A DNA stretch of 24,412 bases from Desulfomonilaceae bacterium (GCA_031082285.1 JAVHLK010000076.1:1-24412), one strand, 5' to 3'; numbered from the stretch's first letter, positions 7,877 to 17,626 are shown. Program-made: numbers and translations. The notes: generated from the letters alone by a model not told the origin.

Positions 7877-9052
7877 GTGAGCAAGACCACGAGCAAGAAG
7901 ATCGGTGCGAGGGAAATCCTTTCCGACATCCGCTCCGGAATGGATGCCTCCGGTCTGAAAAGCAAGTACGGATTGTCGGATAAGGGGCTGAAGTCGGTTT
8001 ATCAGAAACTGACCGCCGCGGGACTCCTTGCCGATGAAGATCTGCCGCGTGGTTCCACGCACGAAACCCGCGTCTCGGAATCATCCCAGAAACTCCCATC
8101 GTCCGATCTCTGGAGATGCCCGGCCTGCGACGCACCTCAGCGGAATGCCGTGACGGAATGTCCTCGGTGCGGGGTGGTCGTCGAGAAATTCCAGGCGCGC
8201 AAGGAACGTGAAACGCAAGCCTCGTCGCCGCTGCAGCACGATAACGCCAAGGTGGGAACAAGCTGGATCACGATCGCCTGCGGCATCCTGTTCCTTGCCC
8301 TGGGGGGAGTGATCTGGATGCTCTTGCCCAGCCGGGAGCACGATGTGAAAACGACCAAGGTTGCAATCGAGAAACCCGGCAAGTCGGAAGGAACGGGACG
8401 ACGGAGCGTGCTCTTGGTCGGCACGCCGGTGGAATTACACTACTCGCCGGAAGGCTTCCCGCTGGCACTGTCAACGTCCCAGGGTTCTGCGCTGCATCTG
8501 TTTGATACCCCCAGTCCGAGCCAAGGGTTCAAGAAGATGCCTCCGGAAAGCGGTGCAACGCGCTATTATGACGAATTTTCCATAGCAGGTAAGAAATTCC
8601 TGGTCATTACCGAGGTGTCGAACCCGCCGAACCTCTATCTCGATGCGAACCTGAACGGCGATCTCACCGACGACATGGGCCCGTTCGCCGGAGAAAACCC
8701 CCAGTTGATTCCCAATTTCTACACATTGCAGCTGCCTTACGACAGGGAAAAGGATCCGACTCCGTACAGGTTGTGGATGTTCCGCAGCGGAATGGGTGGA
8801 GTGAGGTTCTACGCCGGATGCCACTGGCATGGAGTCGTCACCATTAACGATACCGACTACAAGGTAGTGGTCTTTGACGGCAACGCGGACGGAGATTACT
8901 CAAACGATCCCGCGGTGATCGATGCGAACGATGACGGCAAGGCCGAGGAAGAGGAGAAGCTGCGTCCCGGAGAGAGCATTCTCATCGATGGAACGCGCGT
9001 CACATTGGTATCCATTGCCCCGAGCGGTCGGCGGGTGCGGTTGCAGTACTGA
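7877..9052 (+). CDS. Membrane-anchored protein: N-terminal cytoplasmic region, C4 zinc ribbon (CPACD...CPRCG), one TM helix, C-terminal domain with Asp/Asn-rich Ca-binding-like loops
   Basis: Motifs read from the translation: WRCPACDAPQRNAVTECPRCG; TM WITIACGILFLALGGVIWMLL; loops DANLNGDLTDD, FDGNADGDYSND, DANDDGKAEEEE. GTG start. Confidence 0.7.
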   Translation: MSKTTSKKIGAREILSDIRSGMDASGLKSKYGLSDKGLKSVYQKLTAAGLLADEDLPRGSTHETRVSESSQKLPSSDLWRCPACDAPQRNAVTECPRCGVVVEKFQARKERETQASSPLQHDNAKVGTSWITIACGILFLALGGVIWMLLPSREHDVKTTKVAIEKPGKSEGTGRRSVLLVGTPVELHYSPEGFPLALSTSQGSALHLFDTPSPSQGFKKMPPESGATRYYDEFSIAGKKFLVITEVSNPPNLYLDANLNGDLTDDMGPFAGENPQLIPNFYTLQLPYDREKDPTPYRLWMFRSGMGGVRFYAGCHWHGVVTINDTDYKVVVFDGNADGDYSNDPAVIDANDDGKAEEEEKLRPGESILIDGTRVTLVSIAPSGRRVRLQY

Positions 9053-9070
9053 GACACCCTCGGTTCACGA

Positions 9071-9637
9071 TCAATAATCGATCCCCTTCTGAGGCTCGAT
9101 CCCTGCCCTGTACGCGTGCTTGATCTCATGAACCTCCGATACGGTGTGTGCACGGGCGATCACTTCGGGATGAGCGTCCCTTCCGGTGAGCACCAAATGC
9201 ATCTCAGCGGGCTTGTTTTCAATCAGGTCAATCACCTGCGGCAGGTCCACAAGCTTCAATTTGAGTGCGTTGTTGATTTCGTCACAGATCAACACGTCGA
9301 ACTTGCCGGAAAGCATCTTCTCCTTTGAGAGCTTGACGGCGTCCTGGGCATTCGACCTGTGTTCACTATGCGGGAAAGGATTTCCTTGAATCCCGCAGAA
9401 TCCCTTACCGGTCACATGGTGTTCCACGTCCGGGGCCAGGCGCTTGAGCCCTTCGTATTCACCGGCGTGTACGTCGCCCTTCATGAACTGGATCAGGCAT
9501 ACTTTCATACCGTTACCAACGGCGCGCAACGTCATTCCGAGCGCGGAAGTCGTTTTTCCCTTACCATATCCGGTGATTACCACGACAAGGCCCACCTTGT
9601 GTTCGGGTTCCAGAAACTGCATAGCCACGTCGCCCAT
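9071..9637 (-). CDS. cobO: Cob(I)yrinic acid a,c-diamide / cob(I)alamin adenosyltransferase (CobO/BtuR family)
   Basis: P-loop VVITGYGKGKTTSALG, and C-terminal HEIKHAYRAGIEPQKGIDY matching the BtuR end (VKHAFDAGVKAQMGIDY). I chose the ATG at 9637, which has GGAGG 6 nt upstream. Confidence 0.85.
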   Translation of the reverse strand: MGDVAMQFLEPEHKVGLVVVITGYGKGKTTSALGMTLRAVGNGMKVCLIQFMKGDVHAGEYEGLKRLAPDVEHHVTGKGFCGIQGNPFPHSEHRSNAQDAVKLSKEKMLSGKFDVLICDEINNALKLKLVDLPQVIDLIENKPAEMHLVLTGRDAHPEVIARAHTVSEVHEIKHAYRAGIEPQKGIDY

Positions 9638-9768
9638 GAGGCTCCTCCGTTCATCGAAGATCATGAACCTAATATAATCCTTCAGAATGCCGCTTGCACC
9701 CGACCCGTCCATTCACCGGGTCACCGGGCTTCATGCGTGGGAGAGTTCTCGAACGGAATTTCCCGTCA

Positions 9769-9797
9769 TTGCATGCATGAGGGCCCGCTGGTATAAC
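9769..9797 (+). promoter_or_regulatory. Sigma70-like promoter TTGCAT-N17-TATAAC upstream of the small ORF and ABC operon
   Basis: Hexamers at 9769-9774 and 9792-9797 with an exact 17-nt spacer; predicted leader ~114 nt. Confidence 0.45.
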
Positions 9798-9918
9798 AAG
9801 TGGAGTTCTCCGGCCGGTGCTCGTCGGTGTGAGCCCGTCCTTGTGAACGCCGCGGATAAGACGGTCCGTGTATGCTCGGACATGTGATCCGTGTCTCGAA
9901 AGAAGGAGGTTCGAATAG

Positions 9919-10164
9919 ATGGGCGGCAACGAAGACAAGGACCTCGAGGAACTGGACAAGAGCTTCAGTCTTCTTTCCGGAAATACCAAAGCAGGCCTTG
10001 AGTACGAGCAACTGAAACTCAAAGACGAAGCGTGGAAGCAAACCGATCCGGAAGGATTCAAGAGGGACATGGAGACCATGTGCAAGACCATGTTCCGCGA
10101 TAATTGGAAAATCGAGTACGAGGCCATGTTGAGGGAAGAATTTCCCGAGGAGTACGACCAATAA
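9919..10164 (+). CDS. Small acidic hypothetical protein (81 aa)
   Basis: AGGAGG 9 nt upstream of the ATG; coding-like composition (Glu/Lys/Asp rich, probably helical). Followed 50 nt later by the ABC ATPase with no terminator between. Confidence 0.6.
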   Translation: MGGNEDKDLEELDKSFSLLSGNTKAGLEYEQLKLKDEAWKQTDPEGFKRDMETMCKTMFRDNWKIEYEAMLREEFPEEYDQ

Positions 10165-10214
10165 GAGCAACGTTTTGGTTTCCCGGGCCGTGACAATCGG
10201 AAGGCAGGCATGTC

Positions 10215-10976
10215 TTGATCCTGCTGAAAAACGTGACAAAATCGTTTGACCAGGGAGCTACCCACGCGGTTCTCGACCTGTCGCTCGAAGTGGCGGAGGG
10301 AGAAACCCTGGCCCTCGTGGGATCTTCCGGTTGCGGCAAGACCACTACGCTGAAAATGATCAACCGTCTCTTGGAGCCCACTGGGGGCGTCATCAAGGTC
10401 GCGGGGAAGGACATCACGAAGCAGGATGCCGTGGCACTGCGCCGATCGATCGGGTACGTGTTTCAAGGAATAGGTCTCTTTCCCCACATGTCGATTCTGC
10501 GGAACGTCGAAATAGTGCCTCGGCTTCTCGGCTGGAATGTCCGGAAGAGACGGGAAAGAGCCGAGTACCTTCTGGACCTGATGGGGCTGCCTCCGCACGA
10601 GTATGCCTTGCGTTTTCCGGACGAACTTTCCGGCGGGCAACGGCAACGGGTTGGGGTTGCGCGTGCTCTGGCCGCGGATCCGGCTTATCTCCTCATGGAT
10701 GAACCGTTCGGCGCGGTGGATCCGGTAACCCGCGACGGGTTGCAACAGGAGATGCTTCATCTCAAGAAAACCCTGGGAAAGACGATAGTCTTTGTTACAC
10801 ACGACATCTTCGAGGCGCTGACGCTGGGAGACAGGATCGCGGTGCTTGACAAGGGCAAGTTGGAGCAAGTCGGCACCAAGAAGGATTTGTTGCGAAATCC
10901 GGCAAGTCCGGTGGTCCGGAGTCTGTTCGAAAAACCTGCGAAGCAACTGGCTGCCTTTGGGGAATATGCCCGATGA
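10215..10976 (+). CDS. ABC transporter ATP-binding protein, osmoprotectant (glycine betaine/choline/carnitine) type, lacking the CBS tail
   Basis: Walker A GSSGCGKTT, signature LSGGQRQRV, Walker B LLMDEPF, H-loop VTHD. TTG start. Confidence 0.9.
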   Translation: MILLKNVTKSFDQGATHAVLDLSLEVAEGETLALVGSSGCGKTTTLKMINRLLEPTGGVIKVAGKDITKQDAVALRRSIGYVFQGIGLFPHMSILRNVEIVPRLLGWNVRKRRERAEYLLDLMGLPPHEYALRFPDELSGGQRQRVGVARALAADPAYLLMDEPFGAVDPVTRDGLQQEMLHLKKTLGKTIVFVTHDIFEALTLGDRIAVLDKGKLEQVGTKKDLLRNPASPVVRSLFEKPAKQLAAFGEYAR

Positions 10977-11043
10977 GGGCCTAGCCTGAATCGTAGGGAG
11001 AAATGCCGGCCGGTTGACCCCACTTCCTTGAACCCGTAGGGAT

Positions 11044-12648
11044 GTGAAATCTCTGATGACTAGTCCCGAATGGATTGTTTTCGCGGCCCAACGCTCAGGC
11101 GAGCTTTGGTTACGAACCGGCGAGCACATCTTACTTACCTGCGTATCTACGACTCTCGCCATTGCCGCGGCGATTCCCCTGGGGATCGTGGCCGACCGAT
11201 ATGCCTGGCTGCGGGGCGCGGTCCTCGGCACCGTTGGAATCCTGCAAACGGTTCCCAGTCTGGCGATGCTCGCCATACTCCTTGCCGTGCTGGGAAAAAT
11301 AGGCGTTGTACCTGCCGTAATAGCCCTGACGCTCTACGCGCTTCTCCCCATCGCGAGAAACACGGTGACGGGTCTCGCGGAGGTGTCCCCGGAGGTCTTG
11401 GAAGCCGCCGACGGCATTGGGATGACGGCCCGGCAGAAACTCTGGATGGTGAAAATACCGCTGGCATTGCCGTTCATTGTTGCGGGCATACGAACGGCCG
11501 CGGTGGTGGGGGTCGGCATCGCAACGTTGGCGGCATTCATCGGCGCAGGCGGTCTTGGGGAGTTCATCAATCGGGGGTTGGCACTTTCAAATACTCGACT
11601 CATCCTTTTGGGAGCAATACCCGCGGCCTTACTGGCCCTCGCGGTGGATTTTTCCATAGCCGCGGCACAGTGGGGAGTGCGTCCCGCGCGGCGGACCGAG
11701 AAGAAGATTGTCCGGTGGACACTGCGGCCTCTCGCCATGGCTCTGCCCCTTTTGATTGTTGCCTTGGGCGTCATTGCCGCGGTTACCCGGCCTTCGATCG
11801 GGTTGAGCCGAAGTGGGGCTCCAGGGGTCGACCGGGAAATCGTTCGCATCGGATCGAAACAGTTCTCGGAACAGTTGATCCTCGGAGAGATGACGGCCCA
11901 GCTCATCGAGGCCCGGGCCGAGCTCACGGTGAGGCGGCTTTTCAACCTCGGGGGCACGATGATCGTCCATGGAGCGTTGGAACGAGGAGAGATCGACCTT
12001 TATCCCGAGTACACCGGTACGGCCCTGACGGCAATCCTCGGACACGAGGCCGTTTCCGATCCGGAGGAGGCCTTCAGAATAGTCTCCAAGGCGTACGGAG
12101 ATCAATTTGCCGCGCAATGGCTGAAACCGTTTGGATTCAACAATTCCTACGCGGTCACCGTGAGACGAGACGAAGCGGAGCGACGGGGGTGGAAGCGCAT
12201 TTCCGATCTCAAGGACGCAGCCCCGGGCCTTCGAGCAGGATTCACCGCGGAATTTTCCGAGCGGCCCGACGGCTATCCCGGGCTCAAAGAGGTTTACGGG
12301 TTTGAGTTCGGAGATGTGAGGGACCTGGACGCCGCCATCATGTATCAGGCGGTTGCACGGGGAGAAGTAGACGTGGTCTGCGCGTACACGACGGACGGTC
12401 GTATACGCGCCTACAATCTGAAGCCTCTTCAGGATGACCGGCGCTTTTTCCCACCGTACCACGCCGCGCCCGTGATTCGAACGGAGACGCTCAGGAACCA
12501 TCCCGAGTTGCGAGAGATACTCGAATCGCTCGGCGGCTTGCTCGACGACGAAACCATGCAGAGACTGAATTACGAGGTGGACGAGAGGAAACGCAGGCCG
12601 GCGGATGTGGCCCGAGAGTACCTCCTGTCTAAGGGGCTGCTCGACTGA
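11044..12648 (+). CDS. Fused ABC permease (BPD transmembrane domain) plus C-terminal OpuAC-like substrate-binding domain, osmoprotectant-transporter type
   Basis: N-terminal half has 5-6 TM helices with the permease signature region; C-terminal ~280 aa is periplasmic-binding-protein-like (GSKQFSEQLILGE...YPEYTG...). GTG start at 11044; an ATG at 11059 is an alternative. Confidence 0.9.
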   Translation: MKSLMTSPEWIVFAAQRSGELWLRTGEHILLTCVSTTLAIAAAIPLGIVADRYAWLRGAVLGTVGILQTVPSLAMLAILLAVLGKIGVVPAVIALTLYALLPIARNTVTGLAEVSPEVLEAADGIGMTARQKLWMVKIPLALPFIVAGIRTAAVVGVGIATLAAFIGAGGLGEFINRGLALSNTRLILLGAIPAALLALAVDFSIAAAQWGVRPARRTEKKIVRWTLRPLAMALPLLIVALGVIAAVTRPSIGLSRSGAPGVDREIVRIGSKQFSEQLILGEMTAQLIEARAELTVRRLFNLGGTMIVHGALERGEIDLYPEYTGTALTAILGHEAVSDPEEAFRIVSKAYGDQFAAQWLKPFGFNNSYAVTVRRDEAERRGWKRISDLKDAAPGLRAGFTAEFSERPDGYPGLKEVYGFEFGDVRDLDAAIMYQAVARGEVDVVCAYTTDGRIRAYNLKPLQDDRRFFPPYHAAPVIRTETLRNHPELREILESLGGLLDDETMQRLNYEVDERKRRPADVAREYLLSKGLLD

Positions 12649-12699
12649 CAAACGCCTGAGCAATTGCCGTACTCTACTTGTCGGTCACCGAGGCACGAG

Positions 12700-15600
12700 C
12701 TACGATCGGCCCGGCACATGACGGCCGATTGCGGTCAAGATGTCCGCCCGAATGACACACAGAGCGGGAACCAGCAGAAGGATCAGCGCAGTTGATGTGA
12801 GAATACCGAAGACAACCGTGATGGTCATGGGTTTTAGGTACTGAGCCTGGAAGCTCGTTTCAAGGAGTATCGGCGTCAATCCTGCGGCGGTTGAGAGTGA
12901 TGTGAGAATGATCTGTCGGAAACGGTTGCGCGCCCCTTCCATGAGTCCTTCTTCAAGGTTGCAGCCGGCCTGGATTGCCCTGTTGCTCGCCTCGATGAGG
13001 AGCAGGGAATCGTTCACCACTATGCCCGTAAGGGCCAGGACCCCAAACATCGAGAGGACGGTGAAATCCATACCGAAAAGCATGTGGCCGATGATGATTC
13101 CAACGAACGAAAACGGGACGGCCGTCAAGACGATCAGTGGATGCGAGTATGTACGAAACATGTTCACGAGCAGAACATAGATGAGGAACAAAGCCACGAA
13201 GAATCCCTTGAGGAGGCTCCCAAGGGTATCGGCGGTCTCCTTCTGCTGGCCTTCGAGAGAAATGGATACCTCGGGGAAATTGCGCTGAAGCTCGGGAAAG
13301 AACCGCTTGGACAGCTCACTGACGATCTCTCTGGCGTTGGATCTATCTTCGTCGACGTCGGCGGAAACGGTCACCACGCGGCGGCCGTGCTTTCTCTTAA
13401 TGCTTGCAGGCCCTCGGTACTCGTCCACCGTGGCGATCTGCAGGAACGGTATCTCATAGTTGTCAGCCGTCCGGATCTTCATGTTGTCCAAATCGCCGGG
13501 TGCGATCCGCTCCTTCTCAGGGTACCGGACTCGGATGATCACTTCGTTTCGTCCCCTCTGGACTTTTAGCGCTTCCTCTCCCCAGAATCCGGCTCGCGTC
13601 TGTCTTGCAAGATCCTGCAGGGTCACTCCAAGCTGCCTCGCCCCCTCCTTGAGCGACAGTCTGAGTTCCATCTTACCGGGCCTGTAGGAATCCTCCACGT
13701 CCTCCACGCCGTCAAATCTCGCCAGCTCCTTCTTCAGACTGTTCGAGGCGGCAAGGAGTTGGTCAAAGTCCCGCCCCTCAAGGTCGATTTCAATGGGCTT
13801 GCCGCCTGGCCGTCCTCCCATCGAAGAAGAGAACTGCAGTGATATCGCGTCGGGAATTTCTCCGGCATGTTTTCTCCAAACCGCGGCCAATTCTGATGAT
13901 GGAACCCCGCGCTCTCCTGATTCCAGAAGTTCGATGATCACATCGGCAATGTGGCTTCCCTTGTCGGTACCGGCCTCTCTGACGGCGTGTTCACCAATGA
14001 TGGCGAACATGTGCTCGATGATCGGCAGGCCGTCCTTGCCTTGATACTGCGCGGCCATTTGCCGTGCCGCGGATTCCAATTTCCTGACGGCCGCCTGCGT
14101 GGTCTGGAAACTGGTGCCCTCGGGCATCACCAACTGTGCCGAGATCTTGTCCGAATCCATCTTGGGAAAGAACACAAAACCAATTCTTCCGCCGGCCACC
14201 AAGCCTAAGCACAATACCAAAGCAGCTACGACCAGAGCCGTGACAACATACGGGGACCGAAGAGTGGCCTTCATGAAGGGCAGGAAAATATGTTCAACGA
14301 AATGATCGAGTCCCGCCTGCACGCGCGTCCTCATTCTTTCGGCAAGAATGAACGGACTCCAACGCCGAGACGGATCTTCTTTGGACTTCATGTGTGCCAG
14401 GTGGGCGGGGAGTATGACAAAGACTTCGGCAAGCGATACGAGGAGGACCGCGATGATGGCTAAGGGGAATACACCCATAAACTTGCCCATGGTGCCTGGA
14501 ATGAACAGCATCGGCGAAAACGCGACAATTGTGGTGGCGACGGAGTTGACGACGGGATACCCGATCTCGACCGACCCGTTGACGGCTGCAGTGACTTGAT
14601 CCTCGCCCCGGCTGATCCTGGTGTAGACGTTTTCGCCGATCACAATGGCATCATCGACCACTATTCCCAACACGACAATGAACGAATACATGGAGATCAT
14701 ATTCAACGAGTGATCGTAATATCCGAGTACCGTGAATGACCCCAGGATCGAGATGGGAATACCCATGACAACCCAGAACGCGAGCCTGAGACGGAGAAAG
14801 AGCGCCAGCAGTATCACCACTAGTACCAGCCCCTGCCCGCCGTTTCGTATCATGAGGTCGAGGCGGCTCTCAATGTACACCGAATTGTCGTCCCAGACCG
14901 TGATGCCTATGCTCGAGGGGAGGCTCTTGCGGTACTCCGAGACGTAATCTTTCACCTTCCGAGAAATGTCGATGGAATCCTGCGTGGATGTCTTGTCAAC
15001 GCTTACCAGCACTGCAGGCTTCCCGTCCATACGTGCCTGAAGGTCCACTTCCTCGAATGTATCGGTGATTCGGGCTATTCGACTCAAAGGAACGACGGCG
15101 CCGTCAGGCCTGGAAACCACCACCAGGTCCTCGAACTCCTTGGCCGTATAGCGCTGCCCTTTGGTGCGGAGCAGAATCTGTCCCGACTCTGCTCGAAGAG
15201 TCCCCCCGGGAAGGTCCAAGGTATTCTGCCTGATCAAGTCGGCTACCCCGGTGAGAGACAATCCGAATTTTCTGAGATTGTACTCGGATATCTCAATGGA
15301 GACTTCGTATTCCCGTCTTCCAATGAGTTCCACTTGAGAAATACCGGGAAGGGCCAACAGGTCGGTCTCGATCTTCTCGGCCAAAGACGTGAGCACTTGT
15401 TCGGAAACATCTCCGTAAACAGCCACCTTGACTACGGGGAATTTCGCGAGTACCTCAACGGTTACCGGTCTTTCTGATTCCAGGGGAAACGTGTCTATCT
15501 GGTCTACCGCGTTCTTCACGTCGCTGAGAACCCGATTCACATTGGCGTAGGCCTCGAGTTCGGCCGTGACGGTGCCCTTGCCCTCGACTGCCGTGGCGGT

Positions 15601-15867
15601 TATCTTTTTTATGCCTTCAATTCCGGTTATTTCTTCTTCGATTTTGGAACAGATGGATTCTTCGATCTCTTCCACGGAAGCGCCTTTGTAGACCACCGAG
15701 ACCGCCACCGTGTCAAGCGAGAACTCCGGGAACATCTCCTTTCGCATTGTCCAAGCAAGATACCCTCCAACCATCAAGAGGAATACCATGAGCAAGTTGG
15801 CCACAACGGGCCTGGAAACACTCCATTCGACTATTCGTTTCAGCACTGTAATATTCCCGTGATCCAC
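12700..15867 (-). CDS. RND efflux transporter permease subunit (AcrB/HAE-like, ~1050 aa)
   Basis: 12-TM plus two large periplasmic loops and size. The true start may be the GTG at 15846, giving the typical MLKRIVEWSV... N-terminus. Confidence 0.9.
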   Translation of the reverse strand: MDHGNITVLKRIVEWSVSRPVVANLLMVFLLMVGGYLAWTMRKEMFPEFSLDTVAVSVVYKGASVEEIEESICSKIEEEITGIEGIKKITATAVEGKGTVTAELEAYANVNRVLSDVKNAVDQIDTFPLESERPVTVEVLAKFPVVKVAVYGDVSEQVLTSLAEKIETDLLALPGISQVELIGRREYEVSIEISEYNLRKFGLSLTGVADLIRQNTLDLPGGTLRAESGQILLRTKGQRYTAKEFEDLVVVSRPDGAVVPLSRIARITDTFEEVDLQARMDGKPAVLVSVDKTSTQDSIDISRKVKDYVSEYRKSLPSSIGITVWDDNSVYIESRLDLMIRNGGQGLVLVVILLALFLRLRLAFWVVMGIPISILGSFTVLGYYDHSLNMISMYSFIVVLGIVVDDAIVIGENVYTRISRGEDQVTAAVNGSVEIGYPVVNSVATTIVAFSPMLFIPGTMGKFMGVFPLAIIAVLLVSLAEVFVILPAHLAHMKSKEDPSRRWSPFILAERMRTRVQAGLDHFVEHIFLPFMKATLRSPYVVTALVVAALVLCLGLVAGGRIGFVFFPKMDSDKISAQLVMPEGTSFQTTQAAVRKLESAARQMAAQYQGKDGLPIIEHMFAIIGEHAVREAGTDKGSHIADVIIELLESGERGVPSSELAAVWRKHAGEIPDAISLQFSSSMGGRPGGKPIEIDLEGRDFDQLLAASNSLKKELARFDGVEDVEDSYRPGKMELRLSLKEGARQLGVTLQDLARQTRAGFWGEEALKVQRGRNEVIIRVRYPEKERIAPGDLDNMKIRTADNYEIPFLQIATVDEYRGPASIKRKHGRRVVTVSADVDEDRSNAREIVSELSKRFFPELQRNFPEVSISLEGQQKETADTLGSLLKGFFVALFLIYVLLVNMFRTYSHPLIVLTAVPFSFVGIIIGHMLFGMDFTVLSMFGVLALTGIVVNDSLLLIEASNRAIQAGCNLEEGLMEGARNRFRQIILTSLSTAAGLTPILLETSFQAQYLKPMTITVVFGILTSTALILLLVPALCVIRADILTAIGRHVPGRS

Positions 15868-16082
15868 ACCGTGGTATGAGGCCCGGTACTCTGTGGCTCA
15901 AATGCGGTCCCGCTTTCTCAAATTCCTGAGATTGCCGTGAGCCGCGCTCTCGCAATGACACCTTCGACGATGTTTTTGGAGGGAACGACATCCCGCGCAG
16001 AACGCGGGAGAGCAATCTCAGCGCGGCTGACTGCGGGAATACGCGACCATATTCACGCAACCGTGTACCAAGCACTTACCTG

Positions 16083-17405
16083 TTACGATTCATCGACAAT
16101 CCGCAGCTCAGCTCCCGGAATGGGCACTGACACGGGTGACACGATGACTTTGTCACCTTCTTTCAAGCCCTTGGAAATGATCGCCTCGTTCCGGGTGACC
16201 ATCTTGACATGGACTTTCCTGATTTCCAGCTTTCCATCGGAGACAACGTAAACAGAGTCGGCGTTATGGAGCGCGCTGCGGGGAATTCGTGCAACATTTT
16301 TCAGGAGCGCGCCTTCGATGACCACGTCCACAAACATTCCCGGGACTAACGGTGGCGATTTACCAGGGCTGATATCCTTGAAGGGGTCCTTGACCTCCAC
16401 CACAATGGGAACAGTGCGGGTAGCGGCATCCAGCGCCCCTTTCAGACGAGAGACCTTGCCGCTCCAAGTTCTCGTTCTCCCTGCCCATGCAAAAGTGACC
16501 TTTGCAGGGGGGCCGTATTTTTCCATCCATAGGTTCACTTGCCCCAGATCGTTCAGCGGAGGAAAATCCTCCCGGGTCTCCTCGGAGATCCATAGTGCGG
16601 TCTTAGTCGGTGAGAAGTTCACTACGACCTCCATTGCAGAGGTGTCATAGATCGTTGCCAGCTTCTGGCCAACCTGGACGTAATGCCCCTCCTCCACGGA
16701 TTCGTCATGTATTCGCCCGTTGAACGGGGCGAAAATCTTCGTCTTCTCGAGTTTCAGCTTCGCAATCTCTTTCTTGGCTTGGGTCGAGTCAATCTTGGCC
16801 TGGACGAGGTCTTTCTGGGATTTCAGGAGTGCAAGGGCGTTCTGCTGATTGACCAATGAGACCTCCTGCTGCTTCGTGTCGATTTCCTGCTTGTCGACTT
16901 CGCTTTGAGAGAGAGATCCGGAAGCCAGTAGTTTTTTCTTCCTTTCCAGCTCGGACCGGGCGAGCGCCAATTTGTCCTTCTCCACCTCTATATTCCGTCC
17001 GATGTTTTGCCTCTCTTGGTCGATTTTTGCGAGTTCTGCAGCGAGTTGGGCCAATTCGGCCTTTGACTGGGCAACGCTGAGTCGGTACTCCCGCGGGTCC
17101 ACCTCAATAAGCAACTCACCTTCCTTCACAAAGAAACCGACTCTCAAGCTGTTGGAAACATAGACTATCCTTCCCGCCACTTCAGCCGTTATCTCAAGAG
17201 TGGTTTTCGGTTCTACTGTTCCGTTCTCTTCGATGGTAGCCCTGAAGTCATCAGTCTTGACTTCCATCACCCTGACGATGGGACGAACCCGGGTTGCTTC
17301 CTTTTCAGGAGGAGTAGGCTTAGTGGCCTTTAAACCCAAGAAACCTGCCAGGCCGACTGCAAGTATGCCAAGACAGATTACCGCGGTCCTTATGCGAGCA
17401 CTCAT
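16083..17405 (-). CDS. Periplasmic adaptor / membrane fusion protein with a long coiled-coil hairpin (HlyD/EmrA-like)
   Basis: N-terminal TM anchor, ~150 aa of heptad-rich sequence, beta-barrel C-terminus; AAGGAAG RBS upstream of the start. Confidence 0.9.
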   Translation of the reverse strand: MSARIRTAVICLGILAVGLAGFLGLKATKPTPPEKEATRVRPIVRVMEVKTDDFRATIEENGTVEPKTTLEITAEVAGRIVYVSNSLRVGFFVKEGELLIEVDPREYRLSVAQSKAELAQLAAELAKIDQERQNIGRNIEVEKDKLALARSELERKKKLLASGSLSQSEVDKQEIDTKQQEVSLVNQQNALALLKSQKDLVQAKIDSTQAKKEIAKLKLEKTKIFAPFNGRIHDESVEEGHYVQVGQKLATIYDTSAMEVVVNFSPTKTALWISEETREDFPPLNDLGQVNLWMEKYGPPAKVTFAWAGRTRTWSGKVSRLKGALDAATRTVPIVVEVKDPFKDISPGKSPPLVPGMFVDVVIEGALLKNVARIPRSALHNADSVYVVSDGKLEIRKVHVKMVTRNEAIISKGLKEGDKVIVSPVSVPIPGAELRIVDES

Positions 17406-17626
17406 GAAAGTATCAGCTTCCTTAAAAGGAGTAGCAGGAAGATCTGCCCGCTACATTTTCGTGGTCAAAGAAGTGGCCCTTGGGCCGAAGCGCCTCTCCG
17501 AAGGTGAAATCGAATGAAACCCCGGACACGCACTCGACCCAAGCCCATTGTCCGGCTGACGTCTAAGACAGGGTCATCGGCTTCACTAATGGTTACACTG
17601 TGAAGGAGATATGTTCAAGCGCCACG

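Noticed and set aside
9798-9918. Possible cobalamin or other riboswitch in the leader next to cobO
   Set aside because: No B12-box or other riboswitch consensus that I can recognise. The downstream gene is not a B12 transport or biosynthesis gene.
9669-11276. 535-aa minus-strand ORF antisense to the small ORF and ABC ATPase. The same applies to 11070-12305 (+), 11334-11957 (-) and 11629-12663 (-).
   Set aside because: Arg/Ser/Pro-rich with no recognisable domains; they overlap genes with unambiguous ABC motifs in other frames.
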